From Caldisericia bacterium (GTDB lineage Bacteria; Caldisericota; Caldisericia; UBA6126), in the NCBI GenBank assembly GCA_040767255.1, contig JAXGOZ010000010.1, forward strand, positions 155-64,154: DNA of 64,000 nucleotides. Reading direction: 5' to 3'. This document shows positions 20,691 through 28,763 of the stretch, piece after piece; the first letter of the stretch is position 1, and the number at the start of each line of letters is the position of its first letter. The notes beneath the pieces were generated by a model. That model did not search any database. It was given only the letters and a program-made list of their open reading frames with translations, and had not been told where the DNA came from. The position numbers were made by a program, and so were the translations under genes.

Positions 20691-21399
20691 AAAACATAAT
20701 TTCGTAAAAACGATGCTCTCCTCGCTGCAAACGCAGTTTTTCTTCTTGGTTTTCTGTTTTCTGTTTAGTTTTTTCATGATCGCATTTGGCTTGCTGCCTC
20801 AAACACAAAATGTCTATCTGATTATTGCAGGTTGTCTTATGATGGTAATTACAGGATATTGGATTGATCAAAAGAACACCGAGATCAATATTTGGAGAGC
20901 TGGTTTGCTTGGACAGGAGAATGTAGAAAATGTTCTACAGCTTCTTTCTGACGAGTGGGTGATGCTAAACAATTATGCGATTCCGCATAAGAATTGTGAC
21001 ATTGATCATTTAATTGTTGGCCCAAAAGGTATCTTTGTCATAGAAACCAAGAATTATAACGGAAAAGTTGAATGTTCAGGAGATACATGGACCTATACGA
21101 AAACAGGCAAAAACGGTGGTATTTACCGAGGTCATATCAACAATCCCAGTAGACAACTCAAGAGAAATGTCTGGGAGTTACGCAAATATCTTGAAAAGAA
21201 ACTTGGTGGGAAAGATCACTTTCCATATTGGATTCAAGGGATTCTTGTTTTTACAAATATCCATGCAGAATTGGACATGAAAGATGAAACAGTGGTTGTA
21301 CTGAAAACCAAGCAACTGATTCCATTTTTGCAGCAATTTCAAAATGAACCATTAAACCAGGCTGAAATTGATAAGATTGTAAAAGTCTTAAATCGATAG
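20677..21399 (+). CDS. membrane-tethered NERD (nuclease-related) domain protein
   Basis: Two N-terminal TM helices, then IDHLIVGPKGIFVIETKNYNGKV, typical of NERD domains. Overlaps the rnhB 3' end by 14 nt. Confidence 0.7.
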   Translation: MKVIEKHNFVKTMLSSLQTQFFFLVFCFLFSFFMIAFGLLPQTQNVYLIIAGCLMMVITGYWIDQKNTEINIWRAGLLGQENVENVLQLLSDEWVMLNNYAIPHKNCDIDHLIVGPKGIFVIETKNYNGKVECSGDTWTYTKTGKNGGIYRGHINNPSRQLKRNVWELRKYLEKKLGGKDHFPYWIQGILVFTNIHAELDMKDETVVVLKTKQLIPFLQQFQNEPLNQAEIDKIVKVLNR

Positions 21400-21429
21400 C
21401 AGGTCCTCTGAAATCTTTCCACAAGAACC

Positions 21430-21735
21430 ATTGGCAGCGTAGGAGAAAAAGCTGGCAATGGTTTGGTTACAAAAACATGGATTTACGATCATAGACCAGA
21501 ACTATCATGGTCCATATGGAGAAATTGATATTGTCACCAGAAAAATGGAATCCTTCATTTCTAGAAGTGAAAAACCAGATTCTGGATACCTATAACTCTT
21601 TGAGTCGATAACGTCAAATTCAGAGGATCTGCAAAACTGTCACTGATATTTGAAAAACCTATAATGTGATTCAAACTGATTTATTGGGATGGACACTGAT
21701 AACGATTTTAAGTTCTATCTTTCAATACCTGACGT
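21430..21735 (+). pseudogene. yraN: YraN-family (UPF0102) endonuclease remnant, several frame breaks
   Basis: GSVGEK / LAMVWLQKHGFTIIDQNYHGPYGEIDIV / KNGILHF / LEVKNQ pieces are readable only by switching frames. Boundaries are approximate. Confidence 0.5.
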
Positions 21736-22544
21736 TGTTGATCTTTGCAATATACGAGCTTCGAACGGCAGACCTGACGATACGAGAAATCAGAGACAGA
21801 ACCCATGAGTAGTTTTCAATTGTTGGGAAACATATCGGCGAGGGATGTTTTAAGCATGTGTCGTCCTATGGTAAGAATATCACATCCTGCTGCAACCAAA
21901 TCTTTCATTAGAATCTCAATTTCTTCCTGAGTTTCTCCCAAACCTACCATGAAACCTGATTTAGTAATGATTGAAGAGTGCTTTTTGGTGTAGGATAGAA
22001 CCCTTAATGAACGTTCATAATCTGCTTCTGGTCGGATATCAGAGTACAATCGCTGGATGGTTTCAATGTTGTGATTCATAACATCTGGTTTGGCATGAAT
22101 GACAGCATCCAACGATATTGTATTGCCTAGAAAATCGGGAATTAATACCTCGATTGTTGCGTTGGATCGTTTGCGAATATGATGAATCGTTTGTACGAAA
22201 TGATTTGCTCCTCCGTCTTCTACATCATCTCTGGTAACGGAAGTAACAACAGCATGTTTCAGTCCTAGTTTTTGCACAGCATTTGCTACATTCTCGGGTT
22301 CTTTCGGGTCGAGTGGTGGCGGATTCTTTTTTTTCATGACTGCACAGAATTTGCAAGTTCGTGTACAATATTGCCCCAATATCATAAATGTAGCTGTCCC
22401 TTTGCTAAAACATTCATTCTGATTTGGACACTGTGCTTCTTTACAAACCGTATGCAAATGCTGGTTCACTAAAAGTTTTTCTACAGAACTGTACTGTTCT
22501 CCTCTGCGTTTCATTTTCAGCCAGGAAGGTTTATGTTTGATCAT
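21722..22544 (-). pseudogene. lipA: lipoyl synthase with a 3'-terminal frameshift near 21860
   Basis: CPNQNEC and CTRTCKFCAV cluster motifs. ATGA overlap with lipB at 22541-22544. The conserved C-terminal VRSSY block appears only in another frame, downstream of the ORF-track stop at 21816. Confidence 0.8.
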
Positions 22545-23251
22545 GAGTAATCCTCCGGGTAGGATATGCCAAATGTTTCCAACACCTTTTGCAAAGGTTT
22601 CCATTCAATATGGATTGAATAACACTTTGCCATTTCTTCTCCAATTTGTTGAATACATGTTTCTATGGAATTTTGTTTTCCGGTTTCGATATCTAAAGTG
22701 GTTACTCCTTTGTCTGAAATCCCACAGGGAGTTATCAAACGAAAATATTTCAAATCCGTACTGATATTAAATGCAAATCCATGCATCGTAATATATTTAT
22801 GGACTGATAAACCCATTGCAGTGATTTTGTTATTACCAATCCAAACTCCTGTATAGCCTGGTATTCTTTGAGCAGAAAGCTGATACGAGTTTTGCAACAG
22901 AGAGATGAAAACCTGTTCGAGATGAGTTACGAAATTTCGAATGCTTTTATCAAAGTGTTGCAGGTCAAAAAGGGGATATCCTACAATTTGACCGGGACCA
23001 TGAAATGTAACATCCCCTCCCCTGCTAATAGGATAAATGGAAATACCCTGTTCTTTGCATTGCGTAGAACCAATCAATATATTGGAGGGATTCCCATTTT
23101 TACCAATTGTGATGACGGGAGGGTGTTCAAGAAATAACATCACATCCTGCAGATCCTGCTTCATTTTGGCATCAACTATCGTTTTTTGCCAATCCAAAGC
23201 AATATCGTAAGGAATTGTACCACATGATGTAAACCAGCAGACTTTTTTCAT
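22541..23251 (-). CDS. lipB: octanoyltransferase
   Basis: RGGDVTFHGPGQIVGYP, KITAMGL, MHGFAFN and PCGI blocks. Confidence 0.9.
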   Translation of the reverse strand: MKKVCWFTSCGTIPYDIALDWQKTIVDAKMKQDLQDVMLFLEHPPVITIGKNGNPSNILIGSTQCKEQGISIYPISRGGDVTFHGPGQIVGYPLFDLQHFDKSIRNFVTHLEQVFISLLQNSYQLSAQRIPGYTGVWIGNNKITAMGLSVHKYITMHGFAFNISTDLKYFRLITPCGISDKGVTTLDIETGKQNSIETCIQQIGEEMAKCYSIHIEWKPLQKVLETFGISYPEDYS

Positions 23252-23292
23252 GATTACCAGAATATCAAATTAATATTTTTTGGGAAGAACGA

Positions 23293-23320
23293 TTGACAAA
23301 AAAAAATCTTCAACTAAAAT
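23293..23320 (+). promoter_or_regulatory. sigma-70-like promoter, TTGACA-16 nt-TAAAAT
   Basis: Perfect -35 at 23293-23298 and TAAAAT at 23315-23320, 33 nt upstream of a short SD-preceded ORF. Confidence 0.45.
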
Positions 23321-23352
23321 ATTTCTAGATTTTTTAGAAAGGCGGTAGTAGC

Positions 23353-23457
23353 ATGATGAACATAACATTAAACACGATGACAACTGCAATGAATCTCTTC
23401 ATTGAGAACATTGTCTCTTTTCATCCCCAACCCTTCTACCGCAAGGTTTCTATTTGA
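23353..23457 (+). CDS. short ORF, 34 aa (MMNITLNTMTTAMNLFIENIVSFHPQPFYRKVSI), possible leader peptide or small protein
   Basis: GAAAGG about 10 nt upstream of the ATG. Lies between a consensus promoter and an intrinsic terminator. Too short for the ORF track. Confidence 0.3.
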   Translation: MMNITLNTMTTAMNLFIENIVSFHPQPFYRKVSI

Positions 23458-23480
23458 TCTAATTTAACAAGACAAATATT

Positions 23481-23511
23481 AAAGCCGCGGTAGCACCGCG
23501 GCTTTTTTTTT
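23481..23511 (+). terminator. rho-independent terminator
   Basis: GCCGCGGT-AGC-ACCGCGGC hairpin followed by nine T. Confidence 0.8.
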
Positions 23512-23537
23512 ATGCTCTTGTGAAAGGAGGGTTGCCG

Positions 23538-23567
23538 ATGAAAAACAGTCGGATACCCATTATGTAG
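23538..23567 (+). CDS. mini-ORF, 9 aa (MKNSRIPIM), possible leader peptide
   Basis: Strong SD AAAGGAGGG 7-8 nt upstream of the ATG. Confidence 0.25.
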   Translation: MKNSRIPIM

Positions 23568-23615
23568 TCTCTTTATCAATGTTTCAGAGAAATTGCTCAG
23601 AAAGGAGGATCAAAG

Positions 23616-23708
23616 ATGTTTAAAATGAGACGACTCAAAGTATTTAGCTGGAAATCGTGGATGAACCTGAATCTAGACATAAGTTTCATTTACTCCATCT
23701 ACATGTAG
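23616..23708 (+). CDS. short ORF, 30 aa (MFKMRRLKVFSWKSWMNLNLDISFIYSIYM), possible leader or small membrane peptide
   Basis: Strong SD AAAGGAGG upstream. Ends 26 nt before the ABC ATPase start. Confidence 0.3.
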   Translation: MFKMRRLKVFSWKSWMNLNLDISFIYSIYM

Positions 23709-23734
23709 TAGTGATGAATATAGGAGAAAACACT

Positions 23735-24526
23735 ATGACATATGCATTAGAAGCAAATTTGATCTGTAAGGACTTTCTGCGCAAAAACAAACCGCCTGTG
23801 AAGGCATTAAAAGATGTTAATTTGCGTATCCCCAAAAACACGGTATATGGACTCTTGGGTCCTAACGGTTCAGGTAAATCGACTTTTATTCGAATTGCCT
23901 CCACCCTATTGATACAAGATTCTGGTGAACTGCGTATTTTGGGCAAAGATGTAAAAACTCACTCCAATGAAGTGAAATGGTTAATCAATCGAGTATCGGT
24001 TGAAGCTAGTTTTTTTAGAAATCTATCAGCTTTTGAAAATTTATTGTTTTCAGCAGGACTCTATGGTGTACCAAGAAAGAAAGCAATTGAGAGAATTATC
24101 GAAATCTCGGACCGAGTTGGACTCGATCGAAAGAGGCTGAACGAGAGAATAAGAGACTATTCAAGAGGTATGCAGCAAAAAGTGGCCATCGCAAGAGCTC
24201 TTATTACACAACCTCCAGTACTCTTATTAGATGAGCCAACTACCGGTTTGGACCCGAGAGCCAAGTTAGAAGTACAAGAATTGATCCGCGTTATGCGTGA
24301 AAATATGGACGTAACCATTGTGTTAACAACGCATGACATGGCTGAAGCTGAAAAATTATGTGATAAAGTAGCCATTATACATAACGGTAAAGTAGTTGTA
24401 GATGGATATCCTGAGTATTTAATGCAGCAGTTACCAGAATCAAAAAAGAAATCTACTTTTGAAGATGTATTCCTGCATTTTACTGGAGTAGACTTTAGCG
24501 AAGCAGAAATGGAGGTTTCAGCATGA
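23735..24526 (+). CDS. ABC transporter ATP-binding protein (ABC-2/DrrA-like exporter type)
   Basis: Walker A GPNGSGKST, signature SRGMQQK, Walker B LLLLDEPTTGLD. The ATG at 23735 follows a GGAG RBS. The ORF-track GTG start at 23657 is unlikely. Confidence 0.9.
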   Translation: MTYALEANLICKDFLRKNKPPVKALKDVNLRIPKNTVYGLLGPNGSGKSTFIRIASTLLIQDSGELRILGKDVKTHSNEVKWLINRVSVEASFFRNLSAFENLLFSAGLYGVPRKKAIERIIEISDRVGLDRKRLNERIRDYSRGMQQKVAIARALITQPPVLLLDEPTTGLDPRAKLEVQELIRVMRENMDVTIVLTTHDMAEAEKLCDKVAIIHNGKVVVDGYPEYLMQQLPESKKKSTFEDVFLHFTGVDFSEAEMEVSA

Positions 24527-25350
24527 AGACACAATTTATGCATGAGATTCGTGCTGGAATCTCTTTTGTGAACAGAAACTTTAATCTCACAAAACGCTAT
24601 TGGAAGTGGGAAGTAGTTTTTTTGATCTGGACCATTGCAAATGCCGTCAGTATTGGGTTTATTGGACAATGGGCAGGCAGTTTTTCTGGTGCTGATATCA
24701 ATACTGATTACATCACAATGTACATGCTTCTGGGGTCTATCTTGTGGGGATATCTATCGGTCGTCTTCGAAGTTGTTTCTGAGACTGTATCATGGGAACG
24801 ATGGGAAGACACTATTGAATACACATTTATGGCACCCGTGAAGAGAATTACTCATCTTCTAAGTGTTTGCGGATATGCAGCATTGTACGCATTGCTGCGT
24901 ACCGTTTTTATTCTGCTGGTGCTAACTTTGTTTTTTAATATCCAGCTAACCGGAGCCAATTATGGAGCAGCCCTTCTATTCTTGGTAATTGCGAGTTTCT
25001 CTTTTATGGGACTAGGAATTTGTGCGGCTGTCTTGCCTTTGATTTCACCCGAAAAGGGAGCGCAGATGGTTGGAATTTTCAGCTCCATACTGCTGATGTT
25101 TTCCGGCGTGTATTACGATATCAGCATATTGCCTTCGTGGATGCAGTTTGTTGCAAAAGGTTCTCCTGCAACGTATGCATTGATAGGAATTCGTAATACA
25201 ATACTAGATGGAGCAACCTTTCTGTCCCAAATGCACAATGTTTGGCCATTGATTCTGATGAGCTTCATTTTCATTCCTGTGGGAGTGATGTTGTTTACAA
25301 AAGCAGAACAATGGGCAAAAAAGACCGGAAAATTGAAACGAAGTGGCTAA
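24523..25350 (+). CDS. ABC-2 type transporter permease
   Basis: 275 aa with about six hydrophobic helices. ATGA overlap with the ATPase gene. Confidence 0.85.
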   Translation: MKTQFMHEIRAGISFVNRNFNLTKRYWKWEVVFLIWTIANAVSIGFIGQWAGSFSGADINTDYITMYMLLGSILWGYLSVVFEVVSETVSWERWEDTIEYTFMAPVKRITHLLSVCGYAALYALLRTVFILLVLTLFFNIQLTGANYGAALLFLVIASFSFMGLGICAAVLPLISPEKGAQMVGIFSSILLMFSGVYYDISILPSWMQFVAKGSPATYALIGIRNTILDGATFLSQMHNVWPLILMSFIFIPVGVMLFTKAEQWAKKTGKLKRSG

Positions 25351-25362
25351 GTAGATTTTTGT

Positions 25363-25399
25363 ATTTGTCGTGCACATTGTAAAAATGTGCACGACAAAT
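25363..25399. terminator. 16-bp perfect hairpin between convergent genes (likely terminator)
   Basis: ATTTGTCGTGCACATT-GTAAA-AATGTGCACGACAAAT. The flanking U-tract is weak. Confidence 0.55.
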
Positions 25400-25402
25400 G
25401 AT

Positions 25403-26235
25403 TTATTCTAACCGAAGATGAAAAGACAAGGAAGAAACATCATACGTTAAACTCGAACCAATGGATATAAAGTCTGGTTTCAGTTTTGCATAGGACTCAA
25501 TGTTGTCTTCTTGAATATTTCCTGAAATCTCAATAAGTGCTTTTCCTCGCAGGAAGTACATTGCTTCTTCAGCTTCTTGGACAGAGTAGTTGTCAAGCAT
25601 AATGATATCTGGGTTAAAACGTAAGGAAGCAAGTGCTTCTTTCAAATCTTTTGTCTCAACTTCAACCTTTAACATTGGATTGCGATTTGTTTTTGTAACA
25701 TGTTCAAGCGCAGTTTCAATTCCACCAAGAGCCTTGATATGATTGTTTTTTAGCATAATCATGTCGGATAAGCAATTGCGATGATTAAAACCACCCCCAC
25801 ATTGAACAGCATATTTTACCATTGAGCGATATCCAGGAAGAATCTTCCGAGTATCTAACAAAGAAACATGATAGGGTTCAGTGAACTGAGTAAATTGTTT
25901 TGTTTTTGTAGTAATACCGGAAAGATATGCCATAAGATTTAAAACGATACGTTCCATTTGAAGGATAGCTTGTGTATATGTCCTTGAATATGGGCGACAT
26001 TGTCTCCATTTTGAATAGGGTCACTATCCGAAAATGACAGTGTATTTCTATGGATGGATCAAGAAAGTGAAAGATAGGTTGAGTAAGAATTCTCCACAGA
26101 AGAATCCATTTTGTTGTCCTCGAATAAAACCTTTGGATATGTGGTCGGGCGAAATAAATGCAGTGGAAGGATTCCATATGGTTGATCTTCTTCCACGAAA
26201 GAAGCGATGATTTGGTTGCGAAGAATTGGTTTCAT
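25403..26235 (-). pseudogene. nadC: nicotinate-nucleotide pyrophosphorylase, 5' third frame-broken
   Basis: ORF 25403..25957 covers the intact C-terminal 184 aa (LDTRKILPGYR, AVQCGGGFNHR, IMLDN, EISGNI). The N-terminal pieces (MKPILRNQIIASFVEEDQPYG / FIRGQQNGFFCGEF / DPSIEI) are in three frames. Confidence 0.8.
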
Positions 26236-27817
26236 AATGTCTCCTCTTTGTAATTAATATTTTGAACAGATGGAGAATACGATCGGGGAGATTTTTGAAG
26301 TAAAAAAGAATGTGCATATGTAGGATTTTCGTCTGGATAGTCTGTTCGAAAATGTGCTCCTCGTGATTCTTTATTGAGTAGCGCTTTGCGCACCTGGATG
26401 ACAACTGACATGCTTCAAGAGCGCTGTTCTGTATGTCAGAATGCCAGTATAATTCAGCAAAGAAAGGTTCTAAAAGGAGAAGGTATTTCGAAAGATCTTC
26501 TTGGTTTCTAATAATACCCAATACGTCCCAATTCATCTGTCGAATCTCATTTTGAGAAAAGGAATTGGAGGAATATCCTGCGAGGGCTTGTATATTTTTA
26601 AAAGAACAGATATGAGTCTGGTTGTTGACTGATTCTGGTTGTTCTTTTGCCAAATACGAGGGAATCAATCAATGAATTGATGCTAGTCGGTTGGCTCCAT
26701 GGGTACCGTTGCAACTACATTCACCGATTGCATAGATTCCAGGAATGTTGTTTTTCCGTGCAAGTCGACATAGATGCCACCCATTGAATAATGAGCACCT
26801 GGAAAAACTGGTACAGGTTCTTGGGCGATGTCAATTCCACGTAAAAGACAATTTTCGTATACTTCTGGAAAACAAACGAAGAATTTTTCTTTTCCTAAAG
26901 GTTTTAGATTCAGCAAAAAATCCTGTCGAGAGTATACTGAAGAGATTCTTTCCAAATGGATTGACTGACAATATCACGAGGCTAGTTCTGCATTCGGATG
27001 ATATCGCTCCATAAATCTTTCATGATGGGGATTGAGAAGAATTGCTCCTTCACCCCGTATAGCTTCTGACATTAACAATGCTTCAAAACCTTCTTTAATA
27101 AAAACAGTGGGATGAAAACTGTACAAATTCCCCAGATCTGTAAGACCAATACCTGCTCGATATGCTTTGGTAAGGACATTACCAAAAAAACTATTGCCGC
27201 CGGTATTCCGTTTATAAATCCCCGAATACCCACCAGATGCTAAGTAACAAGGAATGACATTGGAGAATTTGTTTTGTTGAAGATTCCGATCAGAATTGCC
27301 AATGCTTTGCAAATCATTATCTTCTTCTACCAGGATATTCACCAACTCAGTGTGTTCAAAAGTGAATATTCCGCATGATCGTACTTTTCATAACAGAAAA
27401 TTGGAAGATTCATATGCCCATTCTATCTCTTGAGAGAATGGAGAACTCTACGGTGGCTGTGACATCCTTCCAGACCCATATTATAAGAACCAGAAGGTGA
27501 ATCTTTATCAAAAATAAAACCATTTTTTTCAAGTTCATAGATTCGTTCAATTACTTTTTAGTAAGTACTTCAACAGCTTTTTCGTCGCTTTTAAGTATCC
27601 TCCTGCTTTCATCGTATCTTTCAGATGAGAAGAAGGTGAATCTGGAGTATATAAGGCAGTTGCCATTCCTCCCTAGCTTTCCGTGTATTACAATTTGTTA
27701 CCAACTTTTGAAATGAGGAGAACTTTTTTGTTGGATCTAGTATGGAAAGCTACAAAGACCTGAAATCCCAGTTCCAATAATAATAACATCGAAAAATGGG
27801 AAGGTTGGGGTATTCAT
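26232..27817 (-). pseudogene. nadB: L-aspartate oxidase, many frame breaks and in-frame stops
   Basis: DVIIIGTGISGL FAD motif at the start. TAG sits where the Q of the AQGG motif is expected (S-stop-GGMATAL). HYSMGGI, RGEGAILLN and ESRGAHFRTDYP pieces are in different frames. ATGA overlaps with nadA and nadC. Confidence 0.8.
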
Positions 27818-28763
27818 TTTTTGTTACATCCAACATATTCTGAATGGCTTTTCGTGCTGCAGAAGCAATATATGGATTCCAGCTCAATTTGCAATGTATG
27901 ATGCTGCAAAGAAGTAAGGATTTGTGTGTGGGTAAATTTCTTCTTCATGTCCTTACATCGGATGGACTTAGCAGCTAGAACAAATTGGCGATCGGGATAG
28001 AGTTTCGATAAGCGGTGAATCATACTATCATCAGTGGCAAGGTATGTCCTATGCTGTGTTTCACTAACATATTGAATTCATTCCCCCGTACCGCCAACGT
28101 ACGTGCTCATATCACGCACTGCTTGTTGGCTTGTGGTGAGTGATGAGGGCTGCATCTGGGTATTGTTTCCATGTTTGTAAAATTTCTTCGGGGTTTAATA
28201 AGAAATGGGCAACTCGGGATGAAGGATGATTCTTTTTCTTGGATTTTTCCTGCACCCATGATCCCAATCCCTGATCTGGAATGAAAATGATAGTGTCCTG
28301 TGCAATAGAATCCACCACTTGCAAAGCATTCGCCGAAGTGCAACAGTAATCACTGTTTGCTTTGGTTTCAACCGAAGAATTGACATAGCAGCGTTACGGC
28401 TGCATGGGGTGCTGTGTTTTTAGAATCTCGAGATCTTTTTTGCTTCAATCGATCTTCACAATCGCACAAAGCGGATGGTTCAGGCAGCAGAATTGTTTTG
28501 TCAGGAGAAAGGATTTTGGCAGCTTCTGCCATGAAAGAAACACCACAAAAAACAATGACAGAATGGGGCAATGTTGTAACGAGATTGCTCAATTCCAGCG
28601 AATCACCTACAAAATCTGCAACATCCTGAATTTCTCCAGGTTGATAATTATGTGCAAGAATACATGCATTTTGCGATTCTTTTATTGCCAATATATCATT
28701 TACAATGTTTTCCAAAAGATACTCCTTACTGGATTTATGTAAAATGTAGTATATATCATTCAA
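27814..28763 (-). pseudogene. nadA: quinolinate synthase, 3' two-thirds frame-broken
   Basis: ORF 28368..28763 gives an intact N-terminal 131 aa (ILAHNYQPGEIQDVADFVGDSLELS, GVSFMAEAAKIL). The remainder (CCTSANALQVVDS, IIFIPDQGLG ...) is split over several frames with stops. Confidence 0.8.

Noticed and set aside
21740-21800. Possible tRNA-like T-arm (GTTCGAAGC) in the apparently non-coding gap between yraN and lipA.
   Set aside because: The flanking bases cannot form a 5-bp T-stem or an acceptor stem. On the minus strand the segment instead translates to the conserved LipA C-terminal block (...VRSAVRSSYIA), displaced by a frameshift.
24157-24669. Long antisense or overlapping ORFs as candidate genes: 24157..24669, 42536..42964, 35239..35733, 11783..12076, 31912..32286, 4501..4860, 55942..56307.
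   Set aside because: Each lies opposite to, or out of frame within, a gene with strong family motifs. They have low-complexity or odd composition and no RBS or start context. Such open frames are typical in AT-rich DNA.
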